A stretch of DNA of 63,581 bases, counting the filler, from Pelomyxa schiedti (lineage: Eukaryota; Protista; Evosea), in the NCBI GenBank assembly GCA_020536535.1. It is 13 parts of 13 records of this genome, joined end to end, with 100 filler letters (N's around TTAATTAATTAA, not from the genome) between each part and the next. Parts side by side here need not be neighbours in the genome. Positions count along the whole stretch, not along the records: positions 23,932 to 34,463 come from JAHLWZ010001263.1; 12 more parts are not named here. One strand, 5' to 3'. Of this stretch, positions 24,936-34,563 are shown in pieces. The notes beneath the pieces were generated by a model. The model was given only the letters and a program-made list of their open reading frames with translations, was not told the DNA's origin and did not search any database. The position numbers and the translations under genes were made by a program. Each line of letters opens with the position of its first letter. The stretch's first letter is position 1.

Positions 24936-26471
24936 ATGCGACGCAACCGTGACTTTGACGACGGTGCGGTGGCGATCAATTGTGGGACGCGGGCTCGGTC
25001 CCAGATCGTTCAACTCCTTTTCACTCATTCATCACCCTCGTCATCCAGCGCTCCTCCACCACCATCCCATAATGACGTCCAGTCGCCTGCCCCATCCCCA
25101 TCGCAACAATCTTCCTCTGAGTCTGACCTGGCGGTGTCACCTGCAGCAACGCCACCGACCGGTTGTTACGTTGGCGTTTTGCCATTGTGGGTGTTGGTGG
25201 AACTGATCGGGAAGAGGTGGGTGATGTGGCCTGAGAGGAGGGTCCTCGTGGAATTTGGGGCAAAGCCAACTGATTATCGTGAAGGATACCCTGAGCACTA
25301 CTTCATGTTCTTCAGTGTGGGGCCAACACTTGGGCTGGTTCACAAGCCTGTTGTGGTTTCAATGGAGGAGTCCTGTGTTGGGTGGATTGGCGGAAACACG
25401 GTCATCACTCAGAAGGAGTGGTTGAAGAAGTTCAGTGTGTGCGAGGTTAAGGAAGATTCTGTGATTCCTGGTGAATCCACCCCAAAAATAAAGCTGAAGG
25501 GCGCGAAGGGGTGCTGCAACCAGAGGTGGGTTGTCATTGCTGGAGCCAGAAAGAGCACCAATGAGTCTGGGTTGTTCGTGTGCAAGGTGGAGAACACTCA
25601 ACTGGATTCCTGTTGGAATTTGATGCAGTACCCGTGGTTTGATTCCGTTCTGTCACTCAGCTTCTTTGGCTCCAGTGAGTTCGACTTTGAGTCTGATGTT
25701 CTGGAAGTTATCTTCACTGAGGAAAGGAGCACCAATGAATTCTTGTGTGTTGTTCACATCAACCTGAACAAGTTTGTGGCCGATGTCGAACATAGTTTGA
25801 CAGTGCCACTCAAAGTGATTGGAGAGTGCAATGTCTCAGAGAAGGGCATCAAGGCAGAGTCGCTCACGCAACCACTGGTGGACAGATCGAGTGGGATGTA
25901 TTACTTCCCGCTTGGAAACAGAGCTTGTGAACTCAAGGTGTTGGTGCTGAACACAGGCCAAGTTATCACATTGATTGAAGGCTCCCCATCTGCCAGGAAA
26001 CTTGTTGTGGAGGCTGTTGCCGAAACATATCTGAGCATCACAAAGGGTGGTCATAACACAGTGAAAACCTCAGTTTATTCTCTGCCAGAGCTGATTTCAT
26101 CAGCCACTTCGTTGCCACCATCACCCTCCTCTGAAGTTTCCTGTTTTGAGAAAGTGATTCCAATCCATGTTCACCACTTCTCACCAGGATCAGTGGTTGG
26201 TGCTGTTGGTTGCGGCATTGAAATATCAAGTTCCCTGTCAATGTCATCATGGCACCACTCCTTAGACCCGAAGAGACCAAGGCTATCCAAAACGAGGAAC
26301 ACACCACTATCAGAGAGGTACTATGTCCCAGAGGTGCTAATGTCACTTGAGTTCATTGATGCAACAACCGGGACTGCGTTGTTCCAAGTGAAGCAGACAA
26401 ATGAGCAGGTCACCCTGCTTCCAGTTGACATCCATCCTGTTCCATTCCACACTCCCCTAGGATCAGAGTAA
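24936..26471 (+). CDS. Family-A protein, intact, intronless, 511 aa
   Basis: INCGTRARSQIVQLLF, GVLPLWVLVELIGKRWVMWPERRVLV, FFSVGPTLGLV, GCCNQRW, FFGSSEFDFESDV, PKRPRL, EFIDATTGT. Confidence 0.9.
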   Translation: MRRNRDFDDGAVAINCGTRARSQIVQLLFTHSSPSSSSAPPPPSHNDVQSPAPSPSQQSSSESDLAVSPAATPPTGCYVGVLPLWVLVELIGKRWVMWPERRVLVEFGAKPTDYREGYPEHYFMFFSVGPTLGLVHKPVVVSMEESCVGWIGGNTVITQKEWLKKFSVCEVKEDSVIPGESTPKIKLKGAKGCCNQRWVVIAGARKSTNESGLFVCKVENTQLDSCWNLMQYPWFDSVLSLSFFGSSEFDFESDVLEVIFTEERSTNEFLCVVHINLNKFVADVEHSLTVPLKVIGECNVSEKGIKAESLTQPLVDRSSGMYYFPLGNRACELKVLVLNTGQVITLIEGSPSARKLVVEAVAETYLSITKGGHNTVKTSVYSLPELISSATSLPPSPSSEVSCFEKVIPIHVHHFSPGSVVGAVGCGIEISSSLSMSSWHHSLDPKRPRLSKTRNTPLSERYYVPEVLMSLEFIDATTGTALFQVKQTNEQVTLLPVDIHPVPFHTPLGSE

Positions 26472-26535
26472 AAAGCAACTTGGTGCCTCATCAGGAGAGA
26501 GAATTTTTCACAGAATCACATCACGAAAAAGAAAA

Positions 26536-28059
26536 ATGCGGCGCTCCCTCTGCTTCGACGACTGCTACGGTGACATTGGTATCAATTGTGAGTTATGGGC
26601 CAGGGCACAAATAGAACAACTCCTTTTCGCGCATCGTAGTGGTGGTAGTTCACTTCGGGCTGTGGACTCCCCAAACCCCCAGCGTGCCGGAGCAACCAAA
26701 CCAATCACTTGTTGTTGTTGTTGGGTTGGTGTGTTGCCATTGTGGGTGTTGGTGGAACTGATTGGGAAGAGGTGGGTGATGAGGCCCGAGAGGAGGGTCC
26801 TCGTGCAATCTGGACCAGCCTCAGTGGATTTGTGGTACAACAGAAGTGTGCGTATTAACTATGATGACTACTGGTTGTTCTTCAGTGTGGGGCCGACTCT
26901 GGGGCTGGTTCACGAGCCTGTGTTCGTGTCGGTTTATCCGAAGTTGGTTGGGTGGCTTGGAGGCAACAGAGTCATCTTTCAAGAGGATTACATGAAGCGA
27001 TTCTGTCTGTGTGAGATGCAGGTGGACCGTAACTGCACTTCAGAAGTAGAGATAAGAGGCACGAAGGGGTGCTGCAACCAGAGGTGGGCTGTTCTTGCTG
27101 GGATCAGAGAGAGCACCAATGAGTCTGGGTTGTTTGTGTGCAAGGTGAATAACACACAGCTGGATCCCTGTTGGCATGTTATGCAGTGCTCGTGGTTTGA
27201 TTCTATTAAGTGGCTCAGATTCTTTGGTTCCAGTGAGTTCGACTTTGAGTCCGATGTTGTGGAGGCGATCTTCATTGAGGAAAGGGGGGCTGGTGAGTTC
27301 TTGGTTGTGGTTCACATCAACTTGAACTTTCTTCTGGCTCAAAATGCTGAAAGTTGCACAGCAGCAGCACCACTGAGCGTCATCGTTTGTGAGTGCAATA
27401 TTTCCAAAGTTGGCTGCAGGGCAGCATGGCACCCTCAACCACTGGTTGACAGGTCCAGTGGGATGTATTATTTAATGCTTGGATACAGATACGTGCTGGT
27501 GTTGAACACAGGTGAGATTTTTTCATTGATGTGTAGAGATTTCAGCCTGCTTCAGGATGTGCGGGCAGTTGACGAAACACACTTGAGCCTCACAACGGGA
27601 ATCTCCACAACTGCATCAACGTCAGTTTATTCTCTCCCAGATTTGATTTCATCATCAACCCCTTCTTCATTGCCACCACGCCCTGAAACATCCTCCTGCT
27701 TTGACAAAGTAACTCCATGCCACGTTCACCGTTCTTCACCAGGAGCTGTATTTTTGGTTGGCTGTGGAATCGTTGCTGCATCAAATTCCCCAAACTCCAT
27801 GTCATCAACGGCACCATTGTGCCAATCACCACCAGCCCCCAAGAGACCAAGGCTCAACTCCACAGTTTGTGGGCAATGTCAACAACCTGGTGCAACAGAA
27901 GAAGAGGAGTCCTGCACCCCACCACAAGGGCAAATGTGGACACATGAGTTCATTGATGCCACAACAGGCACACTTCTTTTCAAAGTGACACAGGCAGGGA
28001 GCAAAGAGCCACTCCTCCCAGTTGACGTCCAACCAGTTCCCCTCCGCCATCCCTTTTAA
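26536..28059 (+). CDS. Family-A protein, intact, intronless, 507 aa
   Basis: Same framework motifs; starts 64 bp after the previous stop codon. Confidence 0.9.
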   Translation: MRRSLCFDDCYGDIGINCELWARAQIEQLLFAHRSGGSSLRAVDSPNPQRAGATKPITCCCCWVGVLPLWVLVELIGKRWVMRPERRVLVQSGPASVDLWYNRSVRINYDDYWLFFSVGPTLGLVHEPVFVSVYPKLVGWLGGNRVIFQEDYMKRFCLCEMQVDRNCTSEVEIRGTKGCCNQRWAVLAGIRESTNESGLFVCKVNNTQLDPCWHVMQCSWFDSIKWLRFFGSSEFDFESDVVEAIFIEERGAGEFLVVVHINLNFLLAQNAESCTAAAPLSVIVCECNISKVGCRAAWHPQPLVDRSSGMYYLMLGYRYVLVLNTGEIFSLMCRDFSLLQDVRAVDETHLSLTTGISTTASTSVYSLPDLISSSTPSSLPPRPETSSCFDKVTPCHVHRSSPGAVFLVGCGIVAASNSPNSMSSTAPLCQSPPAPKRPRLNSTVCGQCQQPGATEEEESCTPPQGQMWTHEFIDATTGTLLFKVTQAGSKEPLLPVDVQPVPLRHPF

Positions 28060-28112
28060 AAACAAAAAAAAAAAACAGACAGAGACTTTGACCTCAACGA
28101 AGTACTCCACAA

Positions 28113-28206
28113 CTGACGATGAATGAGCGAAAAGGAGTTGAACGATCTGGGACCGAGCCCGCGTCCCACAATTGATCACCACCCCACCGTTGTCATGGCG
28201 TAGCAT
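28113..28206 (-). pseudogene. Inverted 5' fragment of a family-A gene
   Basis: Minus strand reads MLRHDNGGVVINCGTRARSQIVQLLFAHSSS, matching the 5' ends at 24936 and 31711. Confidence 0.85.
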
Positions 28207-28232
28207 TTTTTTTCATTTCTGGTCAAAAAAAA

Positions 28233-28961
28233 ATGAAACATAGTTTGACAGTGCCACTCGAAGTGATTGGAGAGTGCAATGTCTCAGAGAAGGGCATCAA
28301 GGCAGAGTTGCTCACGCAACCACTGGTGGACAGATCGAGTGGGATGTATTACTTCCCGCTTGGAAGCAGAGCTTGTGAACTCAAGGTGTTGGTGTTGAAC
28401 ACAGGCGAGGTTGTCACATTGAGTGAAGGCTCCCAATCTGCCAGGAAACTGGTTGTGGAGGCTGTTGACGAAACACACCTGAGTCTCACAAAGGGTGGCC
28501 ATAACACAGTGACACAAGCATCAGCGAAAACCTCAGTTTATTCTCTGTCGGAGCTGATTTCATCAGCCACTGCGTTGCCACCACCACCACACTCTGAATC
28601 ATCCTGTTTTGACCAAGTCACTCCAATCCACGTTCACCACTTTTCACCAGGATCATTGGTTTCTGCTGTTGGTTGCGGCATTGTAACATCAAGTTACTTG
28701 TCAATGTCATCATGGCACCACTCCTCAGAGCCAAAGAGACCAAGGCTCTCCAACACGAGGGACAGAACAATCTCCAAGAAGTTCTACATCCCACAGTTCC
28801 TCATGTCACATGAGTTCATCGATGCAACAACAGGCACTGTGTTGTTCAAAGTGAAGCAGACAGATGTGCAGGTCGCCCTGCTTTTAGTTGACATCCATCC
28901 TGTTCCATTCCACAATCCATTTCCTCTGGATGAACGCATGGAAAGTACACAAGAATTGTGA
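28233..28961 (+). pseudogene. Family-A 3' half (242-aa open ORF, 5'-truncated)
   Basis: Begins at HSLTVPL; near-identical to 25791-26000 of the 24936 copy; ATG follows an A-tract. Confidence 0.8.
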
Positions 28962-29414
28962 AATGGAAAATGGAAATGAATGTGTGTTGTCTTAAGTTAC
29001 ACACAAGGCGTTGTAGTAGCATCGTAGGATCACAAGTTTTGGAGTTGTTTTGCAGTTGGCTTGAGAAGCAGTTGAGAAGTTGAGTAGACCTCAGCAGAGA
29101 ACAGACGTGTGAACAACCATCATAAAAACGAGGTCACTTTCACCTGACTACAAGGGAGATCATCGTTCGTTGGTTGAGTACACTCGAGCAGATGCTCCCA
29201 CTGCTTCTACCATCGCATAGGTCCACGATGATGTTGTAAGATGATCCCCGAGAGGGTACCTGTCAGTACACTCACAGTACGAGGATGACGATTATGTTTC
29301 ATCATGATGGTCGAGACCACTTGTTCTTTGGGTGGATTGGTGTTATGATGAAAGTTTGATCTGACTCGTTAGAAAAAAACAAGTTTGACACAAGTGAGTG
29401 ATCTTGGGAAACAC

Positions 29415-30750
29415 ATGCAACTTGCTGGTGGCACACCCGGCTATGGCAATACGTTATGGGCCGAGGAACAAATCCTTCAGTTGCTCACAGCCAAACCCCC
29501 ACCACGACGCCGCAGCAAGACAAAGAAACCCGACAGCAGCCCCACAACAACAAACTGTCGGATGGCTGTTGCCTACGCAAGAGATCGCCAAACTCGCCGC
29601 TGTTACGTCGGTTGGTTGCCATTGTGGGTTCTGGTTGAGTGCATTGGGAAACAATGGGTGATGAGGCCAGAGAGGAGGATCGTGGTCACGATGGAAGACA
29701 ACAACGAGAGCCAGGAGTGCTTCTTCTTCAGTGTTGAGTTGGACACTTGGGATCGTGAGTAAGCCTGTGTATGTCACCATGGATGACAGGTGCGTCGGCT
29801 GGCTTGGTGGGATGAACTTCCTCACATTCGATTCTGACGGACTCAGTTCGTGGAAAGCCTTGCACACTGAGGGCACTGCCGAGTGCATTTCATCATGGAA
29901 AATGCAAGTGAGAAAGGTGTGCTGCAATCAGAGGTGGGTTGTCGTGGCTGGGAGTTACTGTGAGATGTCTGGACTGTTTGTGTCCACTGTGGAGAATTGC
30001 CAGCCCAACTGTAGACAAGGGAGCTTCTTGAGGTATCCATGGATTGATGGAGTTCTGTCACTTCGGTTCCTGTGTTTCTCAGAGTATGAATGTGAATCTT
30101 CTGTTGTGGAAGCAATCTACGCTGAGAAAAGAGGCTCCTCTGAGTTTGTTTGTGTGGAACACATCAACCTGAGCACTGAGACGAGTGTATCATCTCAATT
30201 GGTTTGTGAGTGCGAGCTTCCAGAGAGACCGTTCGGCGTCATCAGCACACCTCTTGTGAACAGGGCTGATGGTACTTGCTAAACGGCAGCAGCACATTGT
30301 TACCACAGTTGCTGGTTCTGAACACTGGGAAAACCTTTGACATGTACGGACATGAGGCTGTTGATGCCACCTCCCAACTGAAATACAAGCTGTCCCTTTC
30401 CCCTCTCCTTTGTGAAGAAAACAAATTGTCCCCTACTTGTGAAAATTGACCCCTTCACTGACATGCAACGTCATGAAGACAGAGGCTTCTACTGCTATGT
30501 TGTGACGTCCCAGGAAGAAAACCTGCATCCAGCATGTCTCAGTGAGACAGACAAGGGAATCACTGTTTCGAAATAAGAAGAAGAACCCCCTGTCGTTATC
30601 ATTACCCCATTGTAACAGTTGTGGCGTGAGGACCCATCAGTATCAATTCATTGATGCCGTGACAGGCACAGTGCTGTTCTCCATGGAACACATGTCGTGG
30701 ATCCCGTCCAGTTTAGCATACGTGCTGTTCCCTTTCCCTCTCCCCTGTAA
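29415..30750 (+). pseudogene. Divergent family-A pseudogene
   Basis: WAEEQILQLL, WLPLWVLVECIGKQWVMRPERR; frameshift near 29733; CCNQRW; stop at 30280-30282; later QFIDAVTGTVLF. Confidence 0.85.
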
Positions 30751-30844
30751 GTCATCCACAGTCATGTTGGGTCTTGACACAACCACAACACAGGCATCAC
30801 ACCACCAGATGTGTGCCCCGATCTCTCTCAGCAGAATCACACAA

Positions 30845-30871
30845 AATAATAATAATAATAATAATAATAAT
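30845..30871 (+). repeat. (AAT)9 microsatellite
   Basis: Read directly. Confidence 0.95.
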
Positions 30872-31710
30872 TCAACGGCTCGTACAGTCCAAATCATTTG
30901 TTTAATGAAGACCCATCAATCGAACAAAAAAATTCTGACTGATCCGCCTGTGGTGCCATGCAATCTATTACCGGAGTCAAACCAGACACCGATGTGGGAC
31001 TGTGAAGACTCTCGTTGCCATCTGGTGCAACTGTAAAAAAAAAAAAAAGATACATACCACGGTGCCAGTATAATAAAATACAGAAGGAAGTTACCTAGCC
31101 AGCTGGGATTACAGACACCACGTCCGGCACCTAAATTATCCTACGTGAGAAAACGAAGAAAGAAGAAGCCACATACTGGTGGAAAGCTGCCGTAAATGTA
31201 ATGCGGAGACTTCTAATACAGGTTGAATTAATAATTAATAATTAATAATAAAGAAGTTAGTACATTATAATTATTTAAAAATAAATTCGTTAAATAATAA
31301 AAGCAAAAACACTCCGATAAATAAAATAATAACAAGTTGTGGCGAAGAAGACAACAAAAAGCAAATGGGAGGGTACTGGTTGTCCACTGCTTGTTCCTCT
31401 TCACGGCACTGGTGGCATGGCCTCCCCTCGTAGCAGCGATTTTTTTTTTTGTGGTTCAAGCGATAATCAAAAGACACAAGCCACTGAACCATCACCAAAA
31501 CCCATTTATGTCAAGGCCGCGCAGCCGCGACGAGACCCGATTCAACGAACACACACGCCGCGCTGCCGCCGCGCCAACCGGCCCCTGCGGCACAAAACAT
31601 CAACAAATCTCATTTGCCTCGCCCCCCCCGTGCCTGTGTGCCACTGGCCTGTGTGCGGATTCGTTGAATCACAAAAGCTTGTTTCGAAATTTTGGTCTGT
31701 CGTGACAAAG

Positions 31711-33267
31711 ATGCTACGCGCGGTCTACGATGCCGTCGTGGAGATCAATTGTGGGACGCGGGCTCGGTCGCAGCTCGTTCAACTCCTTTTCGCGCATTCG
31801 TCGTCGGCACCCAGCAGCATGAGGCCAACGCCCCATAATCCCGTTCAGTCGGCGCCCTCCTCGGACGCGGCGTCTGGACGATCCTCGTCCGGCTCTGATT
31901 CCGCGACCCCACTTATCTACCGCTGCCACGTTGGCGTTTTGCCATTGTGGGTGTTGGTGGAACTGATCGGGAAGAGGTGGGTGATGTGGCCCGAGAGGAG
32001 GGTCCTTGTGCATTGTGCTAATGGTGAGGAAGACGGATATGGCCGGGACTACTTATTGTTCTTCAGTGTGGGGCCAACACTTGGGCTGGTTCACAAGCCT
32101 GTTGTGGTTTCAATGAAGGATTTCTGTTTCGGGTGGACTGGAGGCAACACAATCATCACCCACATCCGGGAGGAGGTGAAGCAATTACGTGTGTGCAGTG
32201 AGGTACGGCAGGAAGATTCTGTGGTTCGTCCTGAATCCACCAAAAATGAAGGTGAAGGGCACAAAGGGGCACATTTTGATGCTATTCTCGAGTTCAACAT
32301 CGATGGAATTCAGGGGTGCTGCAACCAGAGGTGGGTTGTGATTGCTGGAGTCAGAAAGAGCACCAATGAATCTGGGTTGTTCGTGTGCAAGGTGGATAAC
32401 ACCCAACTGGATTCCTGTTGGAATGTGATGAAGTACCCGTGGGCCAATTCCGTTCGATTTTTTGGCTCCAGTGAGTTCGACTTTGAGTCTGACGTTCTGG
32501 AAGTTATCTTCACTGAGGAAAGGGGCACTGACAAATTCTGGTGTGTTGTGCATATCAACCTGAACTGTGAGAGTGGCTCAAATCCGCTGAGAGTCATTGG
32601 GGAGTGCAATCTTTCCCAGGTTGGTATCGCAGAATGGTGCCTCCCCAAACCACTGGTTGACAGGAGGTCACACTATCCATCGTTGATTTATTACTTCCTG
32701 CTGGGTGAAACAGGTCGTGAGGCCAAGGTGTTGGTGCTGGACACAGGCCAGGTTGTCACATTGATTGAAGGGACCACCCACTCTGCCAAGAACAAGCATG
32801 TTGTGCAGGCTGTCGACGAAACACACTTGAGCCTCACAAAAACTGGCGAGAATGGCACAACAACATCGGTTTATTCTCTCTCCGAGTTGATTTCATCAGC
32901 CACTTCGTTGCCACCACCACCACACTCTGCTGCTGAAGTATCATCATCCTGTTTTGACAAAGTGACTCCAATCCACGTTCACCACTTTGAACCAGAATCA
33001 GTGGTTGCTGTTGGTTGTGGAATCGTCACATCGAGTTCCCAGTTATCACCATGGCATCAGTCCCCAGAGCCCAAGAGACCAAGGCTCTCCAAAAAGAGAG
33101 ACACACTCAGACCATTCAGCTTCAACCCCCCACGGGTACTAATGTCACATGAGTTCATTGATGCAACAACGGGCACTGTGCTGTTCACAGTGAAGCAGGC
33201 AGATAACGACACCAACCTCCTTCCAGTTTACATCCAGCCTGTTCCATTCCACAATCCCTTGGGATAA
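31711..33267 (+). CDS. Family-A protein, intact, intronless, 518 aa
   Basis: Start MLRAVYDAVVEINCGTRARSQ chosen by alignment to paralogues; all framework motifs present. Confidence 0.9.
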   Translation: MLRAVYDAVVEINCGTRARSQLVQLLFAHSSSAPSSMRPTPHNPVQSAPSSDAASGRSSSGSDSATPLIYRCHVGVLPLWVLVELIGKRWVMWPERRVLVHCANGEEDGYGRDYLLFFSVGPTLGLVHKPVVVSMKDFCFGWTGGNTIITHIREEVKQLRVCSEVRQEDSVVRPESTKNEGEGHKGAHFDAILEFNIDGIQGCCNQRWVVIAGVRKSTNESGLFVCKVDNTQLDSCWNVMKYPWANSVRFFGSSEFDFESDVLEVIFTEERGTDKFWCVVHINLNCESGSNPLRVIGECNLSQVGIAEWCLPKPLVDRRSHYPSLIYYFLLGETGREAKVLVLDTGQVVTLIEGTTHSAKNKHVVQAVDETHLSLTKTGENGTTTSVYSLSELISSATSLPPPPHSAAEVSSSCFDKVTPIHVHHFEPESVVAVGCGIVTSSSQLSPWHQSPEPKRPRLSKKRDTLRPFSFNPPRVLMSHEFIDATTGTVLFTVKQADNDTNLLPVYIQPVPFHNPLG

Positions 33268-33327
33268 TAATATTTTTTCTATTACAGTTATTATTATTCA
33301 CCCGATTTTTGTTGTTTGTATTTGCAA

Positions 33328-33460
33328 TTTAACAACCATTGTGATCTCGTTGAAACAGAGATCTTATAAATGCTACACTGGGAATGGTGCCAAAGGTGGC
33401 AAGCTTAGCTTTGGTGAATCTCTTGCCATGCTAAACTCTATCTCACCAGCTACCGAGAAC
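33328..33460 (+). repeat. Dispersed repeat, copy 2 (copy 1 at about 17572-17722)
   Basis: Direct sequence match to copy 1. Confidence 0.85.
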
Positions 33461-34083
33461 AAACACTCGTCTCTCCAATCAAGGAAATCACAGTTGCATA
33501 ACTGGAACCCCATCAGGGTCACACAATCAACTGTTGCAGTTGTAAGGACCATCTGATAGAACAACAAGTAGCATTCACTGGAAGCAGGCAGTTGTTGTGC
33601 CTTCTCAACTTTTCTGAGACTCGGGAAAAAATCGCTGTTGCCCCTACTCAGTGCCCCAAACATGTTAAAAAAAAAAATGCCACCCGATACTGTCGTGGAG
33701 ATCTCTTGCAGGATGTGTGAAAGTGATGACTTCCCCAAAAAGGGAATCACAGAGTCAGCCCACTGAATACTATTTAAATAAATAAAAGCTTTGTTCCCTC
33801 CTTAATCTCACTACGAACGTGTTCGTCCCTCCCTGTCAGGGACACCACTCACTTTGGAGACCTCTCCTGAGGCCATTTGACACTTTCCTACGTCGTTGTT
33901 GTTGATGAGGACGGGGCTTGGCAACGAGCAACTGCAGAATCTGTTGCTCAGCCAGTAGATCCCTACAGCCAGACCACACGGTATTGGCAAGTTGCATGTC
34001 GCGGTGACACCAGAAATAAGCAGGGAAAAGAAAACCCTCTTTTCTCCTTTTTTTTTAGTCCTTCTTTAATTTTTTCTGATCCC

Positions 34084-34358
34084 AGACGAGGGCTTGGTCC
34101 CAGTTCGTTCAACTCCTTTTCGCGCATTCGTTGTCAGTCCTTTCGTCAGCACCCAGCAGCAGCAAGCCAACTCCCCATAATTCTGTTCAGTCAGTGCCCT
34201 CCTCCTCTGGCTCTGATTCTGCAACCCCACTTATCTACTGTTGCCACGTTGGCGTTTTGCCATTGTGGGTGTTGGTGGAACTGATTGGGAAGAGGTGGGT
34301 GATGTGGCCCGAGAGGAGGGTCCTTGTGCAATGTGCTGGTGGTGAATCAGTTGGATGA
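34084..34358 (+). pseudogene. Family-A 5' fragment, frameshifted, stops in the first variable loop
   Basis: Closest to the 31711 copy (GSDSATPLIY.CHVGVLPLWVLVELIGKRWVMWPERRVLV), then QCAGGESVG*. Confidence 0.85.
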
Positions 34359-34563
34359 GAGAGGAAAAGGGAATAGGGTGGCACTCCAATTTAATGTGTC
34401 AGTGAGTTGGTGTGCCAAAAATCTTGCCTTGAGCACAGTCCGGCCTGACCATGGATCACAGAANNNNNNNNNNNNNNNNNNNNNNNNNNNNNNNNNNNNN
34501 NNNNNNNTTAATTAATTAANNNNNNNNNNNNNNNNNNNNNNNNNNNNNNNNNNNNNNNNNNNN

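Noticed and set aside
31100-31135. Alu-like AGCTGGGATTACAG..CACCACGTCCGGC suggesting human contamination
   Set aside because: Match is short and gapped, with no further Alu sequence on either side.
31339-31710. N-terminal extensions given by the ORF track (also 18331, 24891, 50575, 51890, 54723)
   Set aside because: Non-ATG starts and no similarity to paralogues; downstream ATGs align with the family N-terminus.
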